A stretch of 64,000 bases of DNA from Lama guanicoe (Eukaryota). Shown here in pieces: positions 24,781 through 38,004 of this stretch; position 1 is the first letter of the stretch, and each line of letters begins with the position of its first letter. The translations under genes were made by a program, and so were the position numbers. The notes beneath the pieces are model-generated. The model worked only from the letters and a program-made list of their open reading frames with translations. It ran no database searches and had not been told where the DNA came from. Location: contig MU054187.1 of NCBI GenBank assembly GCA_013239625.1, positions 22,199,280 through 22,263,279 on the forward strand. The letters run 5' to 3'.

Positions 24781-25182
24781 AGAGGAGCAAGATCAAAATA
24801 ATCAGATCCAGCACAGATGAGCAGAGCCACTCTGCACCTGAGTCACCGGCAACACCTGCTCTCAGCCGCTCCTGCTGCTTTGGGGAACCTGACGCTGCCC
24901 GTCACCTCCTGTGGATGGTCTACGTGAACTGCATATGTGTAAGGACACTTTCACAGCCCAGGGCACCAGACCTGCATAAGGACACTGTCACAGCCCAGGG
25001 CACCAGCGGGATGTCCACAAAAAACAATTTTCACTTGGTTAAGTTCACAGTCAAAAATCACAAACGGCCCAGAGGAATGAGCCGCCGTGGAGAAAGCCCG
25101 AAGATGCAACAGATGGCAGAGGTTACTTCTCATAGGAACTTCGGATCATGGAGCAACCCGAAGCTAAAGGAGGCATAACAAC

Positions 25183-25430
25183 AAAGCTAACAGTTATTAG
25201 CACTTACTACATACAAAGTGCTGTGATGGTTGTTTTACATTTGTGATTTCATGTGGTGCTCAAAGTAACCCTATGAGTAGGTAGTACTATCATGCTTTTA
25301 TAAATGAGGTGATGGGGACACAGAGAGGTTAAGTAATCTGTCCAAGATCACACAGCTCAGAACCAAAGGTGTCAGAATGCAGACCAGGCAGTCTCAGTCC
25401 AGAACTTTCACCTTTATTTAACCTCTGCCC
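25183..25430 (-). mobile_element. MIR SINE
   Basis: AACCCTATGAG...CACAGAGAGGTTAAGTAATCTGTCCAAGATCACACAGCT. Confidence 0.8.
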
Positions 25431-25844
25431 TAAATTGCTTCCCCCATAGGATCTCTAAGACAAGAGGTTATGAAAAAGAGCAAAGAAATTTTTTAAAACT
25501 CTAATTATTGGAACAAAGCTTAATGAAAAGATTAAACAGTAGATTGGACAGAGTATAAAGGGTTAGCAGAATTGGAAGCTAAATTTGGGGAAATTACCCA
25601 GAATATGACATGGAATGATACAGAGAAAAAGTAAAACAACTGGAAGGTGAATGAAGGCGTTCTGATGATTATTAGTTACTCAAAGCAGCAGAAATAGTGA
25701 GGCTACATGATCAGGAAGAGACACTTGAAGAGCAAATGAAGAATTTTTCAGGGTTAAATATTAAAGTTCACATTAAAGTACATATTTGGTCTTCGACAGT
25801 CTGACATTACTTTAACCATCCTGGCATTTATTAACACAATCTAC

Positions 25845-26010
25845 TGCAAATTACTTGACTTCTCGGAGACTTTGTTTTCTCTACCATAAAATGAGAACCA
25901 TGAAAATTGTTTCAAAATTTCGCTTTAAAGACTAAATGATATTTATGTTTGGAAGACACTTAGCCTGGGTCCTGATACACAGGGGCACTCAATAATGGTT
26001 TGTTTATTAA
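25845..26010 (+). mobile_element. MIR SINE
   Basis: CAAATTACTTGACTTCTC...TAAAATGAGA...CCTGATACACAGGGGCACTCAATAA. Confidence 0.6.
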
Positions 26011-26209
26011 GTAAGATTTTTTAATTAGTCAGATATTTTTATATTGTAATTTTGTTTTTCTGCTGTTTTTTTTCTCCCCAGTATTAGCTCTTCTTTTGTC
26101 AAAGCTTTCTGAAATTAAATAGGTTCACTGGCAGTCATCTTCTTCATTACTAGGAGTATGACAGTCTTCACTTATACTATTGATATAGAAGACTGTAAGT
26201 GCTCTCATA

Positions 26210-26626
26210 TAAAGACAAATACTGTATGATTTTACTCACATGTGGGATCTAAAAAGACGAAACAAAACAAGTCAAACTCATAGATGCAGAGAGCAGATTG
26301 TCAGTTTCTAGAGGAGAGGGCAGTGAAGTGGGTGAAGAAGGCCGAGAGGTAAGGACTTCCAGATATAAAATAAATAAATCATAGGGATACAAATGTATAG
26401 CATGGTGATTATGGTCAGTAATATTGTACTGAATATTTGAAAACTGCTGAGAGTAAATCTTAAAAGTTCTCAGCATGAGAAGAAAAAAACTGTGTAATTT
26501 TGGATAGTGACAGATGGTAGCTAGTCTTAGTGTGGTGATCTTTTGCAGTGTTTGCAAATGTCCAGTCATTATGTTGTACACCTGAAACTAATACAATGTA
26601 TATCAATTCTACTTCAACTAAAAAAG
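26210..26626 (+). mobile_element. L1MA-type 3' end
   Basis: AAAGACAAATACTGTATGAT...TTATGTTGTACACCTGAAACTAATACAATGTATATCAATT followed by an A tail. Confidence 0.8.
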
Positions 26627-26629
26627 AGA

Positions 26630-26736
26630 CAAATATGAAAATGAATATATGTATATTCATGTATGAATGAAAAACTGTGCTGTACACCAGAAATTGACAG
26701 AACATTGTAAACTGGCTATAACTCAATTAAAAAAAT
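26630..26736 (+). mobile_element. Short lineage-specific L1 3' end
   Basis: TGTGCTGTACACCAGAAATTGACAGAACATTGTAAACTGGCTATAACTCAATTAAAAAAA. Confidence 0.8.
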
Positions 26737-26859
26737 TGTACCTAAATAAAGAAAAACAAGTGTTTAACAAAGATTAGCCCAGAAAATATGAAGAATGTAA
26801 CATTTTGCCATATGGTAATAATATCTACATATCATTTTTAAATGAAAAATCTATTTTGC

Positions 26860-27199
26860 GCTCATATGTGGAATCTAAAAAAACAAAAACAAACAAAAAC
26901 AAAGCATAAATACAGGACAGAAATAGACTCATGGACAGAGAATACAGACTTGTGGTTACGGGGGGGTGGGTAGAGGGTGGGAAGGGATAGACTGGGATTT
27001 CAAAATTGTAGAATAGGTAAACAAGATTACACTGTATAGCACAGGGAAATATACACAAAATGTTATGATAAATCACAGAGAAAAAAAATGTGACAATGAG
27101 TGTGTATATGTCCATGAATGACTGAAAAATTGTGCTGAACACCGGAATTTGACACAACACTGTAAAATGATTATGAATCAATAAAAATATTAAAAAAAA
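26860..27199 (+). mobile_element. Lineage-specific L1 3'UTR
   Basis: CTCATATGTGGAATCTAAAA...CTGTATAGCACAGGGAAATATA... followed by an A tail. Confidence 0.85.
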
Positions 27200-28721
27200 G
27201 TTTTAGAAGCACAGCTCTATACAATAAGTTTTGAATAAATGATCTTAAGGCCTCTTAAAAAATCTATTTTGTAATCATATAAAATGTGTCTATAATTCAT
27301 TAGTTCTTGAAGAACATACAGAGATTTTATAAAGGGTAAAAAAAATGTAGACTTTGTAAACTGCACTTCCCTTAATTTTTTCCACCAGAAGCTCCTATTT
27401 GAACTAATCTTGCTCCAGTCCTCCAAAATACTAACACATGAATGCCTTGTGGCGCCATCTAATGTCAAAGAGTTATTAATACAATCTGCTCGTTTGCTCG
27501 TCCAGGTTAAGCACCCCAGTCCTACCGAGATCTCACGAGCCATTATTTGGAAGGGATCAGAATGCCTGCAATGTTAGAAGTCCTGTGTGTCTCTGTTAAC
27601 ATTATGCTCTATACATATGAGTCTCTGGGCTTTTTTTCCCTGCACGTGCCCATTTCCCCGGTCCTGGACAGGTAGGAGCCCAGGTGTATTCATCTCTGAG
27701 GCTGCCACACTGAACACAGTACCTGGAATAAGGTAGATGCTAAGCAAATCTGAACAGATTAAATCAGAAACATCAACAGTGCGGGAAAATTATGCTGCCT
27801 TTGAACAGGAGAAAAATCGACGGCCCAAATGTTGCCTCACAAGACAGAGGCGTATCGCCAAAGAATAACAAAAACTGCTGGTGGTACAACGATGTACAGT
27901 CTTTTCTCCTACAGGCTGCTTCAGCTGAGGCTTTGGCGTCTCGAGCTTTGACAGCCTGACTGCGTTGTCACTTCTGGAAGACCGCAGCTCACATCTGAAC
28001 GGCGCCGCGGAGAGAGGCGCTGGGGCCAGGGGAACGTGGTGACCGCACGGGCCTGGGCAGAAGACACGCAGACCTCAGCTCTCTTGTCTGTATCCCTAGG
28101 GACGGTACCCATGTTTCAGTGGAGGACAACCCTCCGTTTGTTGGCTTGTGTTTTTGCTTGTGTGTTTTTCAAGGGGAGGAATTGGTTTCTTAATTGTAAA
28201 TGAAACTCCCTCAGATATGTCAGCAAAATAAAGCAAAGTAAATGCTATTTTCACTGCTTGTGAGAAGTTGTTAGCTATTGGTAATAAGGGTTTTTACATT
28301 TTCCACTTATTTGGTAAGAAAGTGCACATGAGACACACACTGTCTTCCCAAATTTGAGCAGAGCCACTTGACTGCAGCCTCCCTCAAAGCATAAACAAAT
28401 TGTCAGATCTACAGATTTCAGGGAGGCCAGTTTCCTTTCTTTTATCAGTATTTCAGCTCACAGAAATGTGAGAGCAAATGAAGTCTATCCCTGCCCCTGC
28501 CTCAAATTGAAGACCTTAAACCATCACACTTGTCGTCTCTCAGACCGGGTTTCGCCAGGCCTCAGACCTACCTGCTCTGCCCCTCAGGCTCTGATGTTGG
28601 CAGCAGAGGGCAGGTCAAAAGATACCAAGAATACCTCATTAAACTAGGCTAGTTTGTACAATTTTTCAATAAAGTATAGCATAAAGTATTTTAGCGCTGG
28701 ATCTTTTTTCAGAGTTACTTA

Positions 28722-28900
28722 TTTGTTTTTAGTTAAAGTATAATCAGTTTACAATATTGTGTTAATTTCTGGTGTACAGCATAATGTTTCATACATATAC
28801 ATACATGTATTCCTTTTTATATTCTTTTTCTTTTTCATTATAGGTTACTACAAGACACTGAACATAGTTCCCTGTGCTGTACGGTATAAGCTTGATGTTT
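28722..28900 (-). mobile_element. L1 3' end
   Basis: TTAAAGTATAATCAGTTTACAATATTGTGTTAATTTCTGGTGTACAGCA. Confidence 0.8.
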
Positions 28901-29039
28901 AAAAGAAAGTGGAGGAGTTTGAATTAAAAAAACCTACCAAAATAACAAAACACACTGCCCCTGAATTCACGTGTTTAGTTCTGTTCTCTCTCCTCAAATT
29001 CATCTTTGGGATCATTTGCAATTGGAAAGCAAAGACATC

Positions 29040-29680
29040 CAAATTAAATCAAGAAACCATTTTTTTTAACCTATTTGAGTAGGCCAGATTCTTTTAAAAA
29101 TACCAATACCCAATACATCGGCATGGGTGTGAGAGGTATAAATTTATACACACTTTGTAGAGAGTTAAAAAAAATGCATGCCCTTTGAAACAGCAAGTTC
29201 CTTCTGAAGATGTATCCCAAAAACAAATATGGAAAGAAGGATGTTACAAGGATTCATTATGCCTTTTATTTACAATAACAAAGTTTTGGAAGCAACCCAA
29301 ACACTCATAGAGGAGTAATGGCTAAAAAAGTTACAATACATCCTCATGAGGAAGCACCATGTAGTCATGTTTAAAAGTGTGTATGTACGACTGAAACATG
29401 CTGTGCCCCAGAAACTGACACATTGAAACTGACTATACTTCGATATAAAAAAAAAAAGTGTGTGGAAGAATATGTAAGGAGATAGAAATTTTTCACAATA
29501 TAAAGATAGAGAAAAAACATACTAAGAAACAGTGTGCACACTTTTATAAAGGACGACAATGTGAGCAGTAGATATCTCTGGGTGTTGTTATTACAGGTAA
29601 TTTGATGTTCTCTTTGCGGTTTACAGGTTTGTACAAGCACGAATGTCCATTGTAATCCGAGAAATAAACAAAGAAAGCTG
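29040..29680 (+). mobile_element. Highly diverged old L1 fragment (interrupted)
   Basis: Degenerate ORF2-end motifs such as GCATGCCCTTTGAAACAGCAA and TTGGAAGCAACCCAAA. Confidence 0.5.
29383..29453 (+). mobile_element. About 70-bp extremely 5'-truncated L1 with TSD
   Basis: L1 terminal sequence and poly(A), flanked by AAAAGTGTGT at 29373-29382 and 29454-29463, at a TT/AAAA site. Confidence 0.85.
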
Positions 29681-31324
29681 CATATAAAAAATGAAAAAGA
29701 AGAAGCGTCATGTGTTGGATAGAGTCACGGATCTGAATAAAGAAACAGAAGCATCCATTGTTCTTCCAAAATAATCATGAGTCTGTAACGACAACTCAGC
29801 CAATGCACCAGAGGCCAGCCAAGTGTCCTCACTGTTCAGAACCCAGGTGATGGGATTATACTAATCTCCTTCAGCTTTTATTTTCATAGTAACTTATACT
29901 AATGTTGTCCTGCAGCAGGACTAGACTAGGCAATGTATGTGTGAGAAATGTCATTATTTGTTAGTAAAATATATTTTACTTTTATTAAAATATATTTAAT
30001 AAGATCAGTGTGATTAATCATGTTTCATTATTGTTGGAAACTGTGTCTAAGCTTTGCAACCTTGTAATTATATGTTTGTTTCTAAATTAGATGTATCTCT
30101 CCACTTGTGTCCAATGGCTGTCTTGGTTTTAAACAGTCCCTCACACAGACGTCTATATTGCAATGGAAGCAACGTATCAAAGTCTGCATCTTCTAAATTT
30201 TCATGATACATATTTCAACCTACCTGCCAATTATAGAAAAGCTTTTTATAAAATTGTGTTCAAAGGCTTGCTTTCTACTTGAAGGCTTCAATGGGTAGGA
30301 ATTTTGAAGACCCTGTTCTGGACTGATTTTTGCTTTTTTCTTTCTGTCTTTTTCCATCCAGCAGCTACAAGGGTTTGTTTAATAAAGATTTTCAGTCACC
30401 CGTATTTGAACATAGACAACAGCTGCTTCTGTAATACTGATCTTTCATGGAGAATAATTCCCACTGGGGCAATGCACTGTCCACTAAGAAGGCCTTTGTA
30501 TCCGAGACATTTTGCAGTTGGCTTCTGTGCACAGTCACATTTCCAAAGTGCCACCTTCCTCCCTGGCTTTCCTGCCAGACAGCCGTGAGCATCTCCCCTT
30601 AGCTGTTGGTGTCTCCTCCTTTGTCTGTGATGCCAGTGGACACCAGCCGTCCCTCGGAAAGGTGCCAGTTCGGGTCCCCTGTCTTGGCAGGAGCCTGGAT
30701 TCGTGAAAACCTCAAACCCAATCTGGGTTCACGACTCACTCTGGGGCACCTCCTCCACCCTGGAAGATGGCTTTGCTTCAGAGTGGCTCTGATGGGGGAA
30801 GAAGAGTCCCTTGGCTTCTTTAGTGACATTGGGGTGTGCTAAGAAGTCACTTATCCTCGACTCCTTCCCCTTTTGCTTTTTGTTTCCAAATCTCTCCGAA
30901 AAGGCCATGAAATGCTCTCTCCCAGACCGTCCACCCTCTTCTCACTATTCTGCTTGTCCCTAACCCACACCAGTAGGTATGAATAGATGGCATTTATAGC
31001 GGCAGGAAACGTTCCTTGCGCCGAGGTGCTGCTAACACCCGGCGTCCAGCACTGGCCTCACTAGTCACTTCCAGCCCAAAGCAGCTCTGGCGTTGGGCGG
31101 GCAGGACTCGTGAAGCTGCTCCAAACTGCACACACAGCCGCCGCACCAAGTTGGTACCTGGAGAATCGCCTGGGGTGTGAATCTAACTTCAGATGGTTTG
31201 TGAGAACAAGCAGAATTCGGCCTCTGGATCCACAGGAGAACCGTCCCACTGAACCCTGCAAGTTAATCCCCTGGACGTCTCCACAAACACGGGAGAAGCC
31301 TCCTGCTTCAGGCTCTCTGCTCCG

Positions 31325-31354
31325 TTTTTTTTTTTTTCTTTTTCTTCCTTTTTT

Positions 31355-31450
<96 letters not shown>

Positions 31451-31460
31451 TTCTTTTTTT
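31325..31460. repeat. (TTTC)n polypyrimidine microsatellite
   Basis: Read directly from the sequence. Confidence 0.95.
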
Positions 31461-31954
31461 GCTGAAAGTACTAGTGTTGAAGGGGATAGAGCGGTGTGTG
31501 TGGTCAAGGACCCAACATAAAAGGGACCATCCTTCCATCCACCCCAAACCTTTGCAACGATGGGGAAATGAAACTGGCTTTTCTCTGATCCTGCGAGAGA
31601 AGATTATTTTGTATCTGTAGCTAAATCACTTACTTTATCAAGAAGATGTGTTAATAACTGGTAAGGAATCCTCTATAAAATAAAATCATAGGTTAATCAT
31701 TTTTTAAAATGTAAGCAAAGAGGCTCTGTTGCCCTAAAGTAGGTATGCTTTCAGTAGATAAAATAGCCAGTCGTCTGAGATCTGTTGGAAAGAAGGGCTG
31801 GTGATCTTTTAAAATTGAAGTCATCATTCCTGTCACATGATCCCCAACTTTTAACTAGCATAAAGCCATTAGTTCTACACAATGTGTTAATGTACTGTTC
31901 TTTATGCCAGGTTGTTTTAGAGGAAGTGAACCAAGAAAAATCACTATTAGTAAA

Positions 31955-32086
31955 GGGGAGGGTGTAGCTCAGTGGTAGAGTGCAAGCTTAGCGTGCATGA
32001 GGTCCTGGGTTCAATCCCCAGTACCTCCATTAAAAATAAAGAAAGAAATACCTAATCACCTCCCCCACCCAAAAAATTATTTTAAA
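31955..32086 (+). mobile_element. tRNA-derived SINE (Vic-1-like)
   Basis: A box TAGCTCAGTGG, B box GGTTCAATCC, A-rich tail, flanking TAGTAAA repeat. Confidence 0.9.
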
Positions 32087-33477
32087 TAGTAAAGTTTCTG
32101 TGAAATGTTACTGAATTTTTTTTTACATCCATAGTGAATATTTTGCCACAGACATTTGAAAATTTTTCAAATATAAAATCATCTCTACCATTAGCGGTGG
32201 AGTTTGGGGGACCTGGGTTGCCCTTTCCTCGGTGCACTGCGGCGGGCTCCAATTCCTGGAGAAAATCCCAGTGGCCCCCAAAGCTGTGGCCTCATCCCGC
32301 TGCCACGAGGACGGGAGGAAACTTCTCTCCAGCAGGTGTGGGACACCGGTTGTCAGCCCGCCCCAGTGGCCGCCCGCTGGAGCCCGTGACTGTGCCTGAG
32401 CTGACAGAGCAGGAATGTCGTGTCCAGGCTCTCGTCACTAGCGCAGCCTGATAGCACTGCCCTGCAGCACAAGCCTGAATCGTGCTGAGAATCCGTGGTT
32501 TGGATTATCACTTGAAAGACAGGTAAGCTATCCCTTCCTTTTGATTTTACTAAAAATCCTTCTCTCCAGCAATCCAGACAAACACTGAACTCTGTCCGTG
32601 GACCATATGCTTCTGAGTTCTCTGGAACTATTTTCACCAAATTACCCATTGGTTTATATCGAGAGCCATCATGAGCAAGAAACTTGTTGAAGTTTCTCAC
32701 TGTGTTTTCTGTAAAGATGCTGCTAATTGTATTGCGCTTGCTAATTACATGGAACATTCTCTCCAGGAGATCCCACAAGAAATTTTCTTTGGAGTCTCAG
32801 AGTCAGGAATGAATGTGCTTCCTCCAAGCAGCTAATTAAAATGAATTTGCTTTAATGTTACGGACACTTTGAAGCACACACCTGCCTTCATCTTTGAATG
32901 GACTGCTGGGAAGCTGAGAGTCAAAAAGTTTATCTTTGGTAAATTTCCTTCTACAGTTTGTGGTCTTTAATATTTTTATTTATAATTTTTATGCAGTCAT
33001 TTTACCTTCCCACTTCTGCCTATCCTTTCTACTCTCATTTTAACTTTTCCCTGCTTTCCTCTTCTACAAAGCAATTCAAACTGATCTTCACCTCATTCTG
33101 ACTGACTTATGTAAGATACCCCTTAAAACTTTTGAAATAGGGAAATGACTAAATAAATAAAAACTGGAATATCTGGTACTTTGAATTAATTTTTTCTCAG
33201 AGGCAAACAAAATTGTTCTCATTTTCCTGAACTGATATACTGAGAGATACAATATAAATATAGGATTTTATAGAATTAGAAGAATTCTATAGGATATTGT
33301 TTCAAACAAATCCACTAGTTAATACTCGGAGCACCATTTCATGAAAGATTGGAAGTGGAGTCCCGAGGCCAGGACCACAGACAACAGAAAGAGGAAGACA
33401 AGGGTTTCAGAAGCCAAGCCTAAGGGAAGACGCCAAATGTGACCTCACAGCTGGACACGTAGGTGATAATTTCCAAC

Positions 33478-33926
33478 TGCAGTGGGCTGAATGGTGACCC
33501 TGCAACATATGTCCAAGCAGAAAGCCAGAATGTGATTATATTTGGAATAACGGTCTTCTAAAATATAATCAAGGGAAAGATCTAGAGACGAGATCATCTT
33601 GAATTAAAGTGGTAAATCCAGTGATGAGTGTCCTTATACGAGACAGCAGAGGAGACACAGACACACAGAGGGAAAAGCCACATGAAGACCGAGGCAGAGC
33701 TTGGACTGCAGCCACAAGCTGAGGGGCGCCAAGGTTTGTCATCAACCACCGGAAGCCAAGAGAGAGCCAGGATCAGCTTGTCCCTCAGGACCTCCACGAG
33801 GAATCAGACCTGTAGACACTGTGATTTCAGACTCTGGTCTCCAGAACTGTTAGAGAACACATTTGCGTCGTTCTAAGCCACCCAACTTGTGACCATTCGT
33901 TTCAGGAGCCCTGGGAAGCCAATGCA
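33478..33926 (+). mobile_element. MLT1-type MaLR solo LTR
   Basis: TGCAGTGGGCTGAATGGTG...TCTCCAGAACTGT...TAAGCCACCCA...CA, with 5-bp near-TSD CCAAC/CCATC. Confidence 0.88.
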
Positions 33927-35974
33927 CCATCTCAGGTCTCCAGATTCAAATGCACACTAACTCACGTTTTAGGTTTCAGAACCTTTCTCTGTGAATTTAA
34001 CTCTTGGTTAGAGTGACTTTTTGAAAATCAAGCTTCTTGACTTTGAAAAAACATTCCAAACAGATCAGTAATTCTTTGTCATATTAAGTTGAAGATGTTT
34101 GTACTTGAGCTTAAATATTTTAACTTTCCAGAAGTTTATACACTGAAAGACTATTCACCATCACATTTTTCTGACATATTTTAATACACAATGGTATGAT
34201 GTGCAGCAGAATGAGAAAATACAGCTTCTGTGTGCATGAATTCTATTATCCTGTTATGTCAATCAAACACAGAACTCCTCAAAATACAGTTATCAACTTT
34301 ATACTTATGTCATGCAAAGTAGATCTTTGTGACAAACTTTAAAAATATGCAAGCAAAGAGTAAACAATCACATAACTGTCAGAAGACAGGGAGAAAGAGT
34401 AAGAGAGAAAATACTAAGGTAAGAAAACTCAAGCAAGACAAATAATAAAAGACAAAATTTAAATGGATATTAAGACAGTGATGAAAGAGGAACTTGATAT
34501 AATTATTCAGGATAACCTTGTTTTTTTCTGTTAAAAAAAAATAGAAGTGATTTCCTAAAAGTAATAAGAAATGTAAAAGGAAATATAAGATTTAATGTCT
34601 TTTATAAAGTAATCTGAGTGTTCTTTTCACTCAATTCATATGAACCCTGGTCAAGTAAAACATATCTAAGTATTTAGAAATTGGTCTGTAGTACCTAATT
34701 TCACCAGAGGATGGTAGAAGAGAGTCAAAACTTAAGAAAAAGTGCTCATTTACATTTTTCTCTCAGGAGTTCACAACAAAGTTACCTGATATGTCTAATT
34801 TATAGAATTTTCAAAATATTTTTTTTCAGAAATAAAATGGAGGAAGATGATACGGCCAGGAGTTTGGTTGATTTGCTCATGAGCTGGTTTCACTTGAGGT
34901 GGAGAGAGGAGGGTGGGAAGAAGTCCACCTTGGGACGTTAAAACGTAACCTACGAGTTCCTCGTCACATCAAATCAACGTAGCAAGAAAGTAAGCCTGTG
35001 AAAGAACTATGGATTTTTCAAAGAAACAATTAGAAATAAACTGAGTTGGTCGGTAAGAACTTTACAAAAGCTGGAGTGAAGGGAACTAATTACCTAACCA
35101 TAGCCTTCCACTCAAAACCCTTAAAAGATTTGGGGGCAGTTAACGAGGATCCGCGAGTAGCCAGCAGGAAAGAGAAGGGTGGTTTTTCCTGCTCGTGAAA
35201 ATTCTTGTGGTACATGTCGCTAGACATTTTGTGCTTTTCCCATCTCATCCACCGACTTCTACAAATCATCAAGAGATTTAGATCAATGGGAACTTTGGCT
35301 GCTATGCGGGGAAACCCCTGGGGCAAGGTCGGACAGGAAATAGTCTGTGTTTCATTTTCAAACATCAAGTGCCTCCTAAGTGCAGACTACCAGGCACTGG
35401 GGTTTCAAAGATAAATAAGGTTGATCCCTGCCCTTGCGAGATTAAAAATACAGTAGTCATGAGCCACTGTCAGCCTCTCGGTCCTTCTAGCCTGTGGGTT
35501 CTCTCACTAATGGCCCCCAGTTACATTAGTGAGACTCAGTGTCACGCTCCTCTTCAGGGCATCTGAGTCATTTCTCCCTCTGCCTGGGTTCCTGACCCTT
35601 CTTATGTGTTCCCTGCTGCCCCAGATCGTCTCCCTGGATTCCAAACTCCCCGTCATTGTTCATCTCTGAGACTCGACCCACCTTCCTAGCCAGTCCTACC
35701 TCCATGCCCTGTGTTCAGTAGCCTCTTTTGGCCCTGCAATAACTGGGTCCTCACTTTGGGCTAGTGAATGCCCACAGATGGGCTAAGTTTGGGCAACCCT
35801 CATAAGCAAAGGATATGAAAGGAAATTATTTATGGAAATTGCAAATATTTACACAACTTCGGGTAATATTGTATCCCACTATTTCTTTGACAACAAGGAC
35901 AAAATTTAAGACCTCAGAGCCTTCCTCTTGTATTATCTCCCGGAAGTAATCCAACATAGAGGTTGTGGGAGGAG

Positions 35975-36175
35975 TTCTGAGTTTCTAATTGTAGACGTGC
36001 TGTGTGCCCATGAAAAAATTACTGCACATCTCTGAGCCTAAATTTCCTAATCTGTAAAATCCAGTTAGGGATAATACCTGTATCATAAGTTTGTTGTGAA
36101 GAGTAAATGAGGTCATGTATGTTAAAGGTCTTGGGCATAGTTCTTGGCACAAAGTAAGTGTTCAGTAAATGTTAG
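35975..36175 (+). mobile_element. MIR SINE
   Basis: TCTCTGAGCCTAAATTTCCTAATCTGTAAAAT...TGGCACAAAGTAAGTGTTCAGTAAATGTTAG. Confidence 0.8.
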
Positions 36176-36416
36176 GACAGAATAAATTGGCTGCATGTTA
36201 AAGCTATTTTGTAATCATTTAACAGATCTGAGAGTATTAGCATTAGAATTTTCATTGCTTGTATTTTTGTTCTGAAATTTTCAATTGGAAAAGATATAAA
36301 ATATCCAGTTACATAAAGAACCAGTTTTCACAGCTGATGAGTCAGCCGGTTTCCAATTTCTCTAGGGCTGCTTACTCAAGCTTCTCTGTTTTTAATTTTT
36401 TCATTCTGCCATTTGC

Positions 36417-36504
36417 ATTTTTTTAAATGGAAGTGCTGGGGATCAAACCCAGGACCTCCTGCATGCTAAGCATGCACCCTAACGCTGAGCTGTACCCTCC
36501 CCCC
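36417..36504 (-). mobile_element. tRNA-derived SINE (Vic-1-like, short)
   Basis: Antisense of the family consensus, with a flanking TGCATTTT repeat. Confidence 0.85.
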
Positions 36505-36579
36505 AACATGCATTTTCAACTGGATCTTCTTTTTACTACAGACTTAAAGCAAATACATCAGCTAAAAATTGTTTAAGGT

Positions 36580-37370
36580 ACAAATTGGTATAAAATTAAA
36601 AGTGAACCTTTCCCTTTCATCCTAGACCCCCTCTTCTTTTTATCCCAGAGATAACCACTATTTTTATCAAATTCTTACAAGTCTTTCGAACTGTTTTTCT
36701 CACAAATGAGACCATCCTATAATACTCCTCTGCACGTGGCCTCTTTATTTTACACAATAACGTGTCATATAGCATGACATAAAGATCTACCATGTCATTT
36801 TTAATGGTAGTTGCCCATTGCTTAGATGTAACATGCTTTATTTAAGGAAGTTCCCATATTAATAGGCATTTGCTTATGATTCCTGTTTATATAAATAACA
36901 ATGTTTTATACACTTTTACATGTATATCTTGCACACTTTGGCAAGAATATGGGTAGCGCGAATTATAGAAGTGTCACTATTAGGTCAAAGGGCCACTGCA
37001 TTTTAAATTTGAATAAATATTGCTGCCACACTGTCCCCCCTCCGTCCTGCACCCCCGTGAAGTGGAAGCAGCTTGTACGCCTCTGCCTCAGTGGTGCAGG
37101 ACAGTATGTGCTTCCCTGCAACCTGCACCGCACTCATCATCCAGGTGGTAAATTGCATTAATCTGACAGATGAAAAATTACTATCTTTTTGTTGTTTTAA
37201 TTTTCATTTTTTAAGCGAAATTGAGCATCCTCACATTCTTATTAGCCATTTGTATTTTTATGAACAATCTGTCAAAATATTTGTCCGTTTTTTCTATTTC
37301 TTTCTTGAATCTGTATTTTTCTATAGTCAAGGAATTAACCCATTGTTTGCCATATGTGATACACTGCAAT
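36580..37370 (-). mobile_element. Old diverged L1M fragment
   Basis: Degenerate antisense L1 motifs such as CCAGAGATAACCACTATT, TAGGTCAAAGGG and TTATTAGCCATTTGTATT. Confidence 0.55.
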
Positions 37371-38004
37371 TTATACTAAAAATATTTGTCACAAATTACA
37401 TACTCATATTTATATATCACATATAGTTGTCCCACACATATGACCTAAAAGATAAAATTAAAATAGAAAATTAAGACAGATTTTATGGTTATAGTAAAGG
37501 TTACTCTAGCATTTTATTATTGTATTTAACAAAATAAATTAAGTGATATCAACTGATGAATCATTATTTAATATATTTATCCATTCATATGAGTGATATT
37601 AAGTGATACACTTAATAATAATAATTTAAATCTTCTTTGTGTCATTTTACAAAAATTTACTCTACTAGGGATCAGACCATAAGCACCTTGGCTGAAGAAC
37701 TAAATTTTGGAGTTTTCTTCCTTTAATACAGCATTTATACTTATTCCATGGTGGGTATTTAGAGCCATCCAGATATTTGATTAAATGATTCCAGAAGAAA
37801 CCTGGGCTATCCAAAAAGAATTAGCAGTAGAGGGATGAAGCAAGTTGATCACATATATATTCTTGTGTAAGCTCTAGTGGGTAATGCATGCTAACACTAG
37901 AGAAAAATCACTGTTGTCTGATTCAGTAAAACCCCATTTTCCAGTGAATAATGCCCCAATTAGGCTGTAAGTTTCTGCTGGATAGATACTGCCTCTTAAG
38001 ATTC

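Noticed and set aside
31061..31547. KERK-repeat and FLSF-repeat ORFs
   Set aside because: They are translations of the (TTTC)n microsatellite.
31955..32030. tRNA gene (also at 41974, 44072 and the minus-strand copies)
   Set aside because: These are multiple diverged copies with a shared non-tRNA tail, A-rich ends and flanking repeats, so they are SINEs.
32353..32778. 141-aa minus-strand ORF
   Set aside because: It has a non-ATG start and no recognisable domain or exon context, so it cannot be supported without a search.
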